A stretch of DNA of 64,000 nucleotides from contig CABMDO010000009.1 in NCBI GenBank assembly GCA_902384935.1, positions 3,152 through 67,151 on the forward strand. Reading direction: 5' to 3'. Positions within the stretch are counted from its first letter, which is position 1; each line of letters begins with the position of its first letter. A model generated the notes under the pieces. It was not told where the DNA came from. It saw nothing but the letters and a program-made list of their open reading frames with translations, and did not search any database. The translations under genes and the position numbers were made by a program. The DNA is from Candidatus Norongarragalina meridionalis. GTDB lineage: Archaea > Micrarchaeota > Micrarchaeia > Norongarragalinales > Norongarragalinaceae. Below, piece by piece: positions 26,990 to 37,087 of this stretch.

Positions 26990-27240
26990 GCCTCGATGGT
27001 CAGGTCCGTGCCGATTGCCTGTCCGGGCAAGCCCTTTTCCATCTGCAGGCGGACGCATCCCTTCTTTCCGTGGAGCGCCGTCACCTTTCCCGAGATTTTC
27101 TTTCCCGAGGAGGATGTCCAATAAGCCTTTTTGCCGATTACGTCCTTCGCCTTCTCGCCGACTTCGACGATGAACTGCCTGGGGTTCTGCGTGTGCAACC
27201 CGCGGCGGTAGGATACGATTCTGGCTTTCAAGAGTATCAC
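26986..27240 (-). CDS. rpl35ae: 50S ribosomal protein L35Ae
   Basis: SYRRGLHTQNPRQ, IGKK, GKVTALHG..G.VR, LPGQAIG. Confidence 0.92.
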   Translation of the reverse strand: MILLKARIVSYRRGLHTQNPRQFIVEVGEKAKDVIGKKAYWTSSSGKKISGKVTALHGKKGCVRLQMEKGLPGQAIGTDLTIEA

Positions 27241-27305
27241 CTGTCTTTATTTTATTGCCTAAAAGGGTTTTAATCCTTCCCTTCCCTGTTTTCTTCGGTG
27301 GTGGA

Positions 27306-27761
27306 ATGGACAATCCTCGTGTAAGCGTATACAAGCCGAACAAGCGCGGCGCGGGCGCCGCGGTGCGTTTCGACCTCAACGTCGCCAAGGAGGCGATTTT
27401 TCTGGAAGCCGCCCGGCAGAGCGGGGAGCAGAAGTTCGACTGGGAGAACAAAGTCGTGATAAAGTTGAACGCGACTGACGTGGCGAAGCTAGTCATGGTG
27501 TTCGAGGGAAAGGCGAAAACAATAGACCTGTTCCACGACACGACTAAGGCGCAGAGCAAGGACGCCCTGGCGCAGGGCGCGGAGCGCACCAAGAACGCCG
27601 CCGTCAATCTGATTAAAAGCGACTTCGGCTATTTCCTGAAAGCGAGCGAGCAAAGCGCCGCCGGAAACGTAAACGCGGTGAACATACCGATAAGCGAGGA
27701 CGAGGGCGTGCTGCTGCGCGTTCTCTTCGAGCGCGCCCTTATCAGGATGAGCGGCTGGTAG
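27306..27761 (+). CDS. Whirly-like single-stranded nucleic-acid binding protein
   Basis: SVYK...AA, FDWENK...L...D, LFHD, GYFL, IPISEDE..L........GW. Same motif order as plant Whirly domains. Confidence 0.65.
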   Translation: MDNPRVSVYKPNKRGAGAAVRFDLNVAKEAIFLEAARQSGEQKFDWENKVVIKLNATDVAKLVMVFEGKAKTIDLFHDTTKAQSKDALAQGAERTKNAAVNLIKSDFGYFLKASEQSAAGNVNAVNIPISEDEGVLLRVLFERALIRMSGW

Positions 27762-27762
27762 C

Positions 27763-30700
27763 TCAGGTTACGCAGACGCCGCCGCAATCGCACGACGCGC
27801 CTGCCACGAGTTTTGCGTCGCCGTAAGAATCCGCCTGCACGCACATTGCATTGTCAGCCGTGGCCGCGACCCTTATTGGGGCGGATTTGCCGTCCTTGAA
27901 TTTAAGGACCACCGCTCCGGAACCGCCCTTGTTCGGATCCGACGTATCGGGCAGGTAAATTTTGACGTAGCCCTTCTCCTTCAGGCAGCGGAGCGCGTTG
28001 CAGAAAAGCGGAAGATCGCTTTTTATCACGCTCTCGCAACCGGTCCATTGCGAGGGGTCCTTGTTCACCACCATGAAACTCACGGCGCTGATGAATTTGT
28101 TCTGGTTCGCCTTGCTGGAAGTCACCCACAGCTTCGGCTGGCGGTTGAAATAATCCATATAGAGAGCGTAACCGCTGGTGGGGGTTATCGCGGGAGCATT
28201 CGCCTCGATGCCGATTATCGGGAAGCACATCTTGATGTCGCTTCCGGATCCGGAAGTCGCAACGCTCATCGGCGTCAGCAGGCCGGTCATGCCGGGTATC
28301 TTGTAGATTGCGGCATGCACGGACGCGATGCTGAGCGTCTCGGGTTTCGGCAGCTCGCCGCGGAACATCAGGTACGCCTTTGACGAGCCGTGCTTGTCAA
28401 CTCCGACGACGTATATTTCCGCGTTTCCGGACGCGGTAGAGGCGAGCGGCCACGAAGCCTTCGTGTCGTCGGAATCTGAAGACTGCAGCACCGCGCCGCC
28501 AGGCAGCGGATACTTCAGGTACACGGAAACGGTTTCGAATCCGTTCCTTTCAAGTATGCTCGCTCCGCGGAAAAGCCCGTCAACCCTAAGGGTTCCGTCC
28601 GGATCCCTCTTCGGCGAGTTCGACGAATATATCACGCCGTCCGCCGACGCCGCGTCGATCGCGCTTTTCTGGCTTATCGGCAAAATGCCCGTGCCTGCTT
28701 TTATCGCGCCGTAATTTCTTTTCTCGTCCTTGGCTACGACGTAAATCGTAACGGTCGCGCCCTCTGCGGGCTTCTGCGTCCACGTCGCAACCCCGTCCTC
28801 GCCGATGGTTGCGGGCGGACGGGCCGCCGAACCCGCGTCGAGCAGAGCCTGCAGGGATTTTTCGTCGGTGAAACCCGCGTCCTTAAGCGTTGAAACCGCC
28901 TTCTCGAGCATGGATGCGGAAACTCCGCCTGTTTTCGGGAATTCCACGAGGGCGGCGTCGTTCGACGGAAGAGATTGCGCGTGGGCGATCGCATCATCGA
29001 TGGAAGTCGTCTTCTCGGGCTGCGGCACTCCCTCGTTCGTAGTCGGGACCGTGTTCGTGGGCTCGGACGGCGTAGTGCCCGACGGCACTGGCGTAATCGC
29101 CACATGCGGCTGCGTAGCCAGCCATTTGTGGAAATCGTCCACCGCTTCCTCGTCCGTCATCGGCTGGAACACGAGGCGGAGGCGGCTTTTGACGAGGGTA
29201 GTCTTTATCAGAAGGTACGTCCTGGTTCCGGGCTCGCCGAACTTGGTGGTTGCTTCCATTCCCTTGTTCGTCGGCTTGAACGTCATGTCGAACTCAGCTG
29301 GAGCGGTGCCGCCGTTTTCCGTCGGCGTGGTGACCGGAACGCCGCTTTCGGTTTGAAGGGACGCTTTCACGTCTACGGGCTTTTGCCCGCTTTCCGGCGT
29401 TCCTGGAACTGTTGCGGAAATATCGGAAACGCGGTCGGTACCGGTAAAGAACGCCTGTACTTGCGCAAATCCATTTTGAATTCCGCTGACTCCAGCTTCC
29501 GAATAATACTTCATCGTCGCGGTTGGCGGAGTTGTCTCGGATTTCTTGAAAGCCGACGCCGTTGCCGAAGGCGCGTCGCCGGTGCAGTAGAATTTATCGC
29601 CGGCTTTCGCCGCGGAATCAAGCTCGCACTTGCGCTTCGCGCCGGAGACGGTGTAGCACTCCGAATACTGGGCGTTAGTGTTCGGCTGGCTGCTGGAAAT
29701 AACGTAGCAGTTCGTTCCCGCCGGCAAGAAGTTTGGCTCCGAGTTACCGATAGAATACGGCGCGACGCATATCGGCTTCGGCTCGTCGCCGCCCGCCTTG
29801 CGCGCGTTGAGGCACATCTCGCGCAAGCCGTCGGAACCGCATTCGCTGAATCCGCCGCCAACCGTGCCCGCGGCGTTCGAGCCTGTGGCGAAAGACGCCG
29901 CCTCGTCCTTGAGCGGGGTGCACGATTCGCCGCGCGCCTTGGACGCTACGGCTACGCATATCTTCCTGCCGTCCTCCGCCCTCGCGAGGCATTTCATTCC
30001 CTTGACGGGACAGTCCGAATCCTGCGTGCATGCGGAGGTAACAGGCGCGGTCGCGCCGCCGCCCTTGCATTCCTTTTCGGAAAGCGTCACTATGCAGCTG
30101 TCCGCGGTGCATTTCGTCGCCTTGAAATATTCCGTTATCTTGGAATCCTTGAGCCAACCCACGTTAAGGAGCCATTTTTCGGAATCGAGTTTGTTCACTT
30201 CCGTGCTGACGATTCCGTTGAAATCGAACTGCATGCTGGTGGGGCTGGTGCCGACGAGCTTGAACGAGCCTTCGGGCGTAATCGTGCCCTTGCCCATCTC
30301 GAGGACGTACTGCTGCGGCGCGCCCTTGGCGTTGTCGTAGAGGCGCAGCGCGACGGACGATTCGGGCGACGCGGGCATCTTTTCTCCCTCGTAATTGGAA
30401 TACGCGTCAACTGCGTAATCTCCCGCAACGAAGCCCGCTTTGGGCTTTATGACGAGCTTGTAATTCAGCGCGGTGCCGACGGAATTCTGCGGCTGGAGCT
30501 GCGTTTCGAGCACTAGGGATTCGTACTCGAGCCCCGAACCGAAGCTCGCCGCGCCGGTTTCCGCCGCGTTCTCGCCGAACGTGAATTCTGAGAGGGGGAG
30601 GGGAACCTTGTTCGCGCATTCGGCGAACGTCGCTTCATCCGCGGGCTTGCGGTAGAATCTGAAGTTCGCGACGAAGGGGGTTGTTCCGCTAGTTGAGAAC

Positions 30701-32256
30701 GGCAAATCAATTGTGCCGTCTACGTTCTTTACGGGCGTGCCCATCGTTATCGTCGGCTTCTCCCAGGAATCCGTAGTAACCCACGCGAGCTTCAGTTTCA
30801 GTTTTCCTCCACCCGCCATGCCGTAAATGTTGGTGTTGAAATCGCTCGCCGCTCCGTGCAGCCTGCACAGCGCGCCGTCGTTCTGGCTCGTACTGAGCCA
30901 TTTGGCAGCGTTCGAGTTGGCTGAAGCGCCCTCGACGTACGCCTCGCTCGCGAGAACGGGCATTATGTACGCGTCGAAATAGCTGTCGAATGTTCCGGGG
31001 GTTATGAATATGGGCGCGTAGAGCGCGTATTTCCTGTCGCCGACAACGGCATTGAACAGAATCTTCTTCGCAGCCTGGTCGTATTCCATCGATACTTTTA
31101 CAAGCGACTTGCCCGCTGCGTCCTTCACCTCGGCGCCGCACAGGTTCTTGTTGGAAGCGAAGAAGTCGTGCACGGGCTTCGCGTAGGCTGCGGTTTTCGT
31201 GAAGTAGACGCGGCGGTCGAGCGAAGGGACGTCCTTGCCCGAGTTCTTGACGAAGTAAGCGTCGGTTATGCCCGCGTCGCCGCTCGTGGTTACGAGGACT
31301 ATGCGCTTAACCGCGTCGCCCATGTCTGGCGCGCCCTTCACGTTAAGGGAGGATGCCGAGGTAGCGAGCCATCTGGATTGGGCGATGCTCATGCCGTTCT
31401 TGAATGCGGGAAATTCTACGGCGGTGACTTTTGCCTCATAATAGCCCATCGTCTTGCTTCCCGTCGTCGTCTCGTCTATCGCCCATGTGCTGGTTTCCGC
31501 GAAATAGAAACGTACGGTTACCGGCGCGGAGAAGCGCACCCTGCCGTCGATTTTTAGGGATTCGCCGACGGTCCATCCGCCCCAGAGGTGGTTAATGTCT
31601 TTTACTTCTGTTACGCCATATTTTGTGTCCGATGTAGCGTAAACGACATCTATCGAATCCTTCTCGCTTGCATAATTCGGGAACTCTATCCTGCTGACGT
31701 CGTAAAGCGCGAACGATGCGACGGGCGCCGCTGCCGGCGGCGCGACGGGCGCTGCCGTCTTAGTATAGGTCAGCCAGTTTCCGCAAGCATTGCACTTTCC
31801 GGTCCAGATTTCCTTGCCGTCCGCGGTGGTTTTTCCCGTGGGATAGCGCGTCGCCGCGTCGGTGTCGGCTTCGACCTTGCACGGGCCGCGTATGTTGTTG
31901 TAAACGCATATGCATTTTCCGTAGAATATTCCGGCTGCACCGCAACCGGTGTTGCAGTCCCTGGGCTTTCCGTCCGAACCCACGCTTCCCGCCTTGCACG
32001 TCCAGTCGAAGCACACATTGTTCGGACCTGGAACGCATTCGGTGTTTTCGGTGCAGATGTAACCGTGCGTTTTAGCCAAATCCCCGCATTGGATGTCTCC
32101 TTGCGCGCCGGGAGTGCACGAACCCCAGCCCGTCGAAAGAGTGGTCGCGGATACCGCACTCGCGAACGGATTGACGTCGGCAGCGTGCGCGAGCTGGACG
32201 AAAACCAGTGAGAGCAAAAGGCATAGCGCGAAGCGGGCAAACTTCAATCTTATCAC
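27763..32256 (-). CDS. Large secreted Cys-rich multidomain protein (1497 aa)
   Basis: Signal peptide ending ...LAHA, Cys-rich modules, Pro/Thr linkers, no obvious C-terminal TM anchor. Confidence 0.8.
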   Translation of the reverse strand: MIRLKFARFALCLLLSLVFVQLAHAADVNPFASAVSATTLSTGWGSCTPGAQGDIQCGDLAKTHGYICTENTECVPGPNNVCFDWTCKAGSVGSDGKPRDCNTGCGAAGIFYGKCICVYNNIRGPCKVEADTDAATRYPTGKTTADGKEIWTGKCNACGNWLTYTKTAAPVAPPAAAPVASFALYDVSRIEFPNYASEKDSIDVVYATSDTKYGVTEVKDINHLWGGWTVGESLKIDGRVRFSAPVTVRFYFAETSTWAIDETTTGSKTMGYYEAKVTAVEFPAFKNGMSIAQSRWLATSASSLNVKGAPDMGDAVKRIVLVTTSGDAGITDAYFVKNSGKDVPSLDRRVYFTKTAAYAKPVHDFFASNKNLCGAEVKDAAGKSLVKVSMEYDQAAKKILFNAVVGDRKYALYAPIFITPGTFDSYFDAYIMPVLASEAYVEGASANSNAAKWLSTSQNDGALCRLHGAASDFNTNIYGMAGGGKLKLKLAWVTTDSWEKPTITMGTPVKNVDGTIDLPFSTSGTTPFVANFRFYRKPADEATFAECANKVPLPLSEFTFGENAAETGAASFGSGLEYESLVLETQLQPQNSVGTALNYKLVIKPKAGFVAGDYAVDAYSNYEGEKMPASPESSVALRLYDNAKGAPQQYVLEMGKGTITPEGSFKLVGTSPTSMQFDFNGIVSTEVNKLDSEKWLLNVGWLKDSKITEYFKATKCTADSCIVTLSEKECKGGGATAPVTSACTQDSDCPVKGMKCLARAEDGRKICVAVASKARGESCTPLKDEAASFATGSNAAGTVGGGFSECGSDGLREMCLNARKAGGDEPKPICVAPYSIGNSEPNFLPAGTNCYVISSSQPNTNAQYSECYTVSGAKRKCELDSAAKAGDKFYCTGDAPSATASAFKKSETTPPTATMKYYSEAGVSGIQNGFAQVQAFFTGTDRVSDISATVPGTPESGQKPVDVKASLQTESGVPVTTPTENGGTAPAEFDMTFKPTNKGMEATTKFGEPGTRTYLLIKTTLVKSRLRLVFQPMTDEEAVDDFHKWLATQPHVAITPVPSGTTPSEPTNTVPTTNEGVPQPEKTTSIDDAIAHAQSLPSNDAALVEFPKTGGVSASMLEKAVSTLKDAGFTDEKSLQALLDAGSAARPPATIGEDGVATWTQKPAEGATVTIYVVAKDEKRNYGAIKAGTGILPISQKSAIDAASADGVIYSSNSPKRDPDGTLRVDGLFRGASILERNGFETVSVYLKYPLPGGAVLQSSDSDDTKASWPLASTASGNAEIYVVGVDKHGSSKAYLMFRGELPKPETLSIASVHAAIYKIPGMTGLLTPMSVATSGSGSDIKMCFPIIGIEANAPAITPTSGYALYMDYFNRQPKLWVTSSKANQNKFISAVSFMVVNKDPSQWTGCESVIKSDLPLFCNALRCLKEKGYVKIYLPDTSDPNKGGSGAVVLKFKDGKSAPIRVAATADNAMCVQADSYGDAKLVAGASCDCGGVCVT

Positions 32257-32403
32257 CGAGTAAAACTAGAGGAAAGCAAATATAAAAAGGCGTGAGGGCG
32301 GGCGGAAGTGAAGGGTGCGGGCTGCGCGGGGGAAAGGAAACGGGCAACGCTCACGCTGAAGCGGAAAAAACGCGCGGCATTATTTCCGCGCCTTCTGGAA
32401 AAA

Positions 32404-32766
32404 CTAGCGGCGTCTCTTTACGATTTTGACGTTGTGCGGCGTGAGGAGTATCTTGTCCTCGTCGATGCGCGCGATGTCGCCGTTGATTCCGTGCACGAAT
32501 GCGCGGAGCGACGTGACAACAGTCTTCAGGCGTGCGGGAGAGCGTGCGAGCGGCGTGATGTTCAGCAGGATGATGTTCCTGTTGTTCAGTTCCTCCTCGA
32601 CTATCTTGACGTCGTTCTCGTTCTGCAGCGAAATCGGCTTGACGTAGAAGTCCGCCGCCTTGTGCAGGACGTCGATGTCTTCGGCGTCGGATGCCGTCAT
32701 GAACTCTTCAAGGTCCATCTCCTTGCTGACTCCCAAAGCCTTGGACAGGCTGTTAAAGATTCCCAT
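32404..32766 (-). CDS. sepF: Cell division protein SepF
   Basis: N-terminal amphipathic helix. NIILLNITPL and GDIARI...ILLTP..VKI. Confidence 0.88.
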   Translation of the reverse strand: MGIFNSLSKALGVSKEMDLEEFMTASDAEDIDVLHKAADFYVKPISLQNENDVKIVEEELNNRNIILLNITPLARSPARLKTVVTSLRAFVHGINGDIARIDEDKILLTPHNVKIVKRRR

Positions 32767-32838
32767 TCCATTTCACCTTCTTCATTATTAGCGTATTCCG
32801 TATAACAGGGCGGGCTTATAAAAGCGTTTTCCTTGCGC

Positions 32839-33867
32839 CTAAACCGCCTCGAGGGGGGGCAAATCCTTTTTAAGTTCTTCCAAAGCGTCCAGACGTTTGT
32901 ACGTGAGCGGGTGCGTGCCGAAGATTTCGCCGATTTTCGCGCCGCCCGCGGTGCGCTCCCATTCAATCGCGTGCTTTATCTCGGAAGCGCCGAGTTTCGC
33001 GCCCTCTTTTTCGCGAACGCGCTCGGATTCCTCGACGTTTTTGCCGAGTTCGTCCTCGTTCACCGCCTGCGCTATCTTCGCGGAAGAAACCGGGTCCGCT
33101 ATGTAGAACGCGCGCTTGTCCTGCGACGAAGACGCGGGCGCGCCTGCGGGAAATCCGTATACTATTTTCGCGAGCGCCGTCTGCAGCGCGGTCGGGTTCC
33201 TGGTTGCAGCCGCACTGAATGCGTCGGCGTAATACTCGCGAGTTCTGCTGAGATACATCACTATCAGCCGCGAAAGGAACTGCGCGACGAACGCCGCCAG
33301 GAAGACGAGTATGGGCGACGCTCCGCCGCGATCCTCGGTCTGCCTCGCCATGAAGAACACGACGAGGTAATAGACGAGCATGGGCACCATCGACGCCACC
33401 ATGATTATAGGGACGTCCCAGTGCTTGATGTGCCCGACTTCGTGCGCGACTACCGCTTCAACCTCTTCCTTATTCAAAACATTGAGCAAACCCGCGTGTA
33501 TGGCGATGTTCGAGTCCGACGGTGTGCGTCCGAAAGCGAACGCGTTCGGCGTCGCGTCCATGACGAGATAGAGCTTCGGCTTCGGAATGCCCGCCTTTTT
33601 CGCCAAGTCGCGAACCATGTCCTGCAGCCACGGATACTCTCCCTCCTTAAGTTCGCGCATGCGCGTGAACTGTCGTATCATCCACGGCCCCATCCACCAC
33701 TGCCCGACTGTCAGGAGAACGGTGAATACGAGAATGTAGAACAAACCCTGCCCGAGGCTCCACTGCGGGCCGAGGAACCATACCACTAGTCCGAAAACTC
33801 CCGCGACGAACCCGAACAGGAGCGTCATCGTGAGAAGCATCGCTACGCGAAGTTTTCCTAGAGACAT
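32839..33867 (-). CDS. htpX: M48 zinc metalloprotease HtpX
   Basis: PNAFAFG, AHEVGH (HExxH), SRTREYYAD, THP...R. Confidence 0.93.
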   Translation of the reverse strand: MSLGKLRVAMLLTMTLLFGFVAGVFGLVVWFLGPQWSLGQGLFYILVFTVLLTVGQWWMGPWMIRQFTRMRELKEGEYPWLQDMVRDLAKKAGIPKPKLYLVMDATPNAFAFGRTPSDSNIAIHAGLLNVLNKEEVEAVVAHEVGHIKHWDVPIIMVASMVPMLVYYLVVFFMARQTEDRGGASPILVFLAAFVAQFLSRLIVMYLSRTREYYADAFSAAATRNPTALQTALAKIVYGFPAGAPASSSQDKRAFYIADPVSSAKIAQAVNEDELGKNVEESERVREKEGAKLGASEIKHAIEWERTAGGAKIGEIFGTHPLTYKRLDALEELKKDLPPLEAV

Positions 33868-33898
33868 AGAAACACCCGATTCGCTTACACTGTGCGAA

Positions 33899-35104
33899 TT
33901 AATATTCCTTTTGCGCGGATTTCTCCAGCGCGTCTACGGCTGGCAAACGCTCGCCAGACAGGAACGCGACCACCGCGCCGCCTGCAGTGCTGATGTGCCC
34001 GATTTTCTTGCGGTTGATGCCGAACTTCTCTATCGCGCTCAGCGTGTGCCCTCCGCCCATGAGCGAGAACGCGTGGGATGATTCTATCGCCTTCAAAACG
34101 ATGCGCGTGCCGAGCTCGAACTGCGGCTGCTCGTACGCGCCGACGGGACCCTTGAAATAAACCGCGCGGCTGCGTTTTATGATTTCCGCGTATGCCTTCG
34201 CCGTGCGCGAACCGATATCGAAGACCGGAGCTCCCGCGGCGCTTTCAGTTTCGGCGCGTATGCCGTCGGAATCCTTGTATGCGAAATCGACCGGCGTCTT
34301 TATCTGCGCGCCGTGTTTTTTGATGAGCGCCTCCAGTTCGGGAAGAATCTTCGTGTAGCCCTTTTCCTCCAGCCAGACGCGCTTCGCGCCCAAATCCTTC
34401 CCTTCCGCGATTAAGCACAATTCGCCGATTACGCCACTGGTAAGAAGATAATCCGCCTTGTTGTTGTCGGCGGCGTACTTGAGAAGTTTGAAGCAGTCGT
34501 CGGGCTTCGCTCCGCCGAGCACGAATACGACGGGGCGCTCCATAGCCGACGCAACTTTCGAGATGGCGGCGTATTCCCGCGCCATTGCTCTCCCTGCGTA
34601 AGATGGAAGCAGCTCCGGGAACCCCGTCAACGATGCCTGGCTCCTGTGAGCGGCGCTGAAGGCGTCATTTACGAACGCCTGCGCGCGGCTGGCGAGCGTG
34701 CTGACGAACAGCGTCTTAGCCAGTTTTTCCGGCGGGACATCGAGGGTTTCTTCCGCGTAGAAGCGCACGTTCTCGAGAAGCAGGATTTTCCCGTCCTTGA
34801 GCTTCGCGATTTCCGCAAGCGCCTTCGAACCGAACAAGTCGTCGACGTACTTCACGCGCTTGCGCGCCTGTTTCGAAAGCAAATCCGCGTGCTGTTTCAG
34901 TGGAATGAAGTCCGCGTCCCCCGCGCGTCCCTGATGGGCTAAAATAACAACGCGCGCCTTCCTGTTGGCGAGTTCCTTTACGGTTTCCGCGGCTTCCTTG
35001 AAGCGCGGCGAATCCTCGGCGACGCCGTCGGTTACGGGCGCGTTTATGTCCACGCGCACTATAACGGTTTTTCCTTCGCACTGCAAATCGTCAAGCGTCT
35101 TCAT
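33899..35104 (-). CDS. pgk: Phosphoglycerate kinase
   Basis: VRVDINAP, AHQGR, LLENVRF, VNDAFSAAHR, LGGAK, HISTAGGA. Confidence 0.97.
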   Translation of the reverse strand: MKTLDDLQCEGKTVIVRVDINAPVTDGVAEDSPRFKEAAETVKELANRKARVVILAHQGRAGDADFIPLKQHADLLSKQARKRVKYVDDLFGSKALAEIAKLKDGKILLLENVRFYAEETLDVPPEKLAKTLFVSTLASRAQAFVNDAFSAAHRSQASLTGFPELLPSYAGRAMAREYAAISKVASAMERPVVFVLGGAKPDDCFKLLKYAADNNKADYLLTSGVIGELCLIAEGKDLGAKRVWLEEKGYTKILPELEALIKKHGAQIKTPVDFAYKDSDGIRAETESAAGAPVFDIGSRTAKAYAEIIKRSRAVYFKGPVGAYEQPQFELGTRIVLKAIESSHAFSLMGGGHTLSAIEKFGINRKKIGHISTAGGAVVAFLSGERLPAVDALEKSAQKEY

Positions 35105-35108
35105 CGTA

Positions 35109-36131
35109 TCACCGCAGCTCTATGACGCGCGAGCGTCCCTGCTTCAGCGCGATTTCTTTGATCGTTATCATCCGCTTCGCCTCGAGCGACTGGACGTAAT
35201 TGCGCACCGAACGCGCCGATGCGCCCGAGAAATGCTTGTAAAGCTCTCCCGAAGTCAGCGAGCCGCCCGCCGCCTTCAGCGCCACTATTACCTTCGCCTC
35301 TCCTTCCGAAACGCCCTGGGCTTGCTCTACGTGCTCGCTTTTCAGCGCGATTTTGACGTCGTTCGCGGTTATGCTGGAAGCGTCGCGCTTTTCGGCGTTT
35401 CTTCCCGCCAACCAGAGCGCCTCGATCGCGACGCGCGCGTCCCCTCCTTTTTTGGAAGCGTGGGCGGCGCACATCCCTATCACTTCCGCGGGGCAGGCGT
35501 TGTGCTGGAATGCTTTGCGCGCGCGCTGCTGGAGTATTTCGCGCAATTCAATCGGCGTGTAGGGCTTGAACTCTATTTTTCCTCCCAGAAAAGCCGAACG
35601 GATGCGGTCGTCGAGCCGCGAGAAAGCCGCGAAGTCGTTGGAAATGCAGACGATGCCGAAGGAAACGCCGTAATTCTCCGTAGCTCTCGTCAAATCGTAA
35701 AGAATGCGCTCCTCGCCGCCGACGAACAGGCGATCGGCTTCGTCGAGCACGAGAATCGGAACCGCGTGTTTTTGGCGAACGGCTTCTATAATGCGCGAGA
35801 ATATTTCGTCGGACGCCAAGCCGCGCCGCGGAAGCGGTTCGCCGAGCGCGGTGCTCAGTTCCGAAAGAACAGACTGCCGCGTGTAGTTCTGCCAGCAATT
35901 GACGTAAAGCATGACGGCGTCGGCATGCTCCTTGAATTCGCGGATGACGTTTTTCACCGAGGAGGTTTTTCCAGTGCCGGTTTTGCCGTAAATGAAGAGC
36001 GGGACGGGACGCCTGCCCGTAAGCGCGGGGCGGAGGGCGTCGGCTATGGCGTGGAGCTCCGCGTCCCTGCCTGGCAAATCCTCGGGCAGGAACTCGGGCG
36101 ATAGCACTGATTCGTCTGAGAATACGCCCAT
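35109..36131 (-). CDS. cdc6: Second Cdc6/Orc1 paralog
   Basis: GKTGTGKT, YVNC, VLDEAD, GDARVAI, C-terminal winged helix LTSGELY. Confidence 0.9.
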   Translation of the reverse strand: MGVFSDESVLSPEFLPEDLPGRDAELHAIADALRPALTGRRPVPLFIYGKTGTGKTSSVKNVIREFKEHADAVMLYVNCWQNYTRQSVLSELSTALGEPLPRRGLASDEIFSRIIEAVRQKHAVPILVLDEADRLFVGGEERILYDLTRATENYGVSFGIVCISNDFAAFSRLDDRIRSAFLGGKIEFKPYTPIELREILQQRARKAFQHNACPAEVIGMCAAHASKKGGDARVAIEALWLAGRNAEKRDASSITANDVKIALKSEHVEQAQGVSEGEAKVIVALKAAGGSLTSGELYKHFSGASARSVRNYVQSLEAKRMITIKEIALKQGRSRVIELR

Positions 36132-36178
36132 GAGTCCATTACGCTCCCCTTTTTTAAAAAGCCCGCGCAAAGACAGTT

Positions 36179-37087
36179 ATGCTTAAATGGTGGCGGCTGG
36201 CAAGGGCGGAGCATTCCATAATCGTGCTCGTCGCGATAATGGTGGCGGAGGCGATAGCCTCGAAGCGCGTCGATGCTTCGCTCATTCTTCCCGCACTCGG
36301 TCCCGCTATTCTTACTGCCGGCGTGTTCAGCCTCGGCGACTGGTTCGGCTGGAAAACCGACAAGGCGAACAAGCGGAAGGATCGCCCGATTGTAGCGGGC
36401 GAAATAAGGAGGAAGGACGCGCTGCTGTTTGCCGGCGTGCTTTACTTGCTCGGCTTGCTGCTGTCCTTCGCCTTTGCGCCGCAGGCGTTCTGGTTCGTTC
36501 TGGCGTATGCATTGCTCTCCGTTACATACGATCCGATACTGAAAAAGATTCCCCTTGTCGGCAACCTCTTCGTAGCTTCGACGATGGCGGCTTCCTTCAT
36601 ATACGGCGGCTTGGTCGTCGCGGCTGCGCCGATTGCGAACGCGGTGCCGATGCAGCCTCCCGAGTATTCGTTCATACCCGGCGGACTGGCTTTTTCCTTC
36701 GAAGCCATCCCCGCCTCGCTCTGGATTCTCGCGGCGATGGCGTTCTGCGCCGGCGTCGGCAGGGAATTGCTCATTACCCTGCGCGACGTGAAGGGCGATA
36801 AAAAAATCGGAGCGAAGACGCTGCCGATGATTCTCGGAGCAAAGCGCACGGTGATGCTCGCGTCGGCGTTCATATACGCCGCAATCGCGATAAGCGCGCT
36901 GCCGATCATCTACGGCGTAGGACTGGCATACCTAGCGCTGGTAACCTTCGCGGATTTGCTGTTCATGTTCGCGATTTTCAAGGCGGTTCTGTTCCCGACG
37001 CCCGAGACGTTGCGCGAAGTGCGCAACCTGACGCTTTGGGCGATGATGGCGGGAACTCTCGCCTTCGCTACTCTGGCATTTTCCTGA
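36179..37087 (+). CDS. UbiA-family prenyltransferase (digeranylgeranylglyceryl phosphate synthase-like)
   Basis: D.....DKANKR.DRPI..G, LKKIPLVGN, RE....RD..GD...G..TLP, multiple TM segments. Confidence 0.88.
   Translation: MLKWWRLARAEHSIIVLVAIMVAEAIASKRVDASLILPALGPAILTAGVFSLGDWFGWKTDKANKRKDRPIVAGEIRRKDALLFAGVLYLLGLLLSFAFAPQAFWFVLAYALLSVTYDPILKKIPLVGNLFVASTMAASFIYGGLVVAAAPIANAVPMQPPEYSFIPGGLAFSFEAIPASLWILAAMAFCAGVGRELLITLRDVKGDKKIGAKTLPMILGAKRTVMLASAFIYAAIAISALPIIYGVGLAYLALVTFADLLFMFAIFKAVLFPTPETLREVRNLTLWAMMAGTLAFATLAFS

Noticed and set aside
28975-30516. Long antisense or alternative-frame ORFs (also 34965-36104, 38294-39778, 39824-41227, 45712-47655, 57912-59084)
   Set aside because: These are shadow ORFs of real genes caused by high GC at third codon positions. 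They are Arg/Val/Ala-rich and lack motifs.
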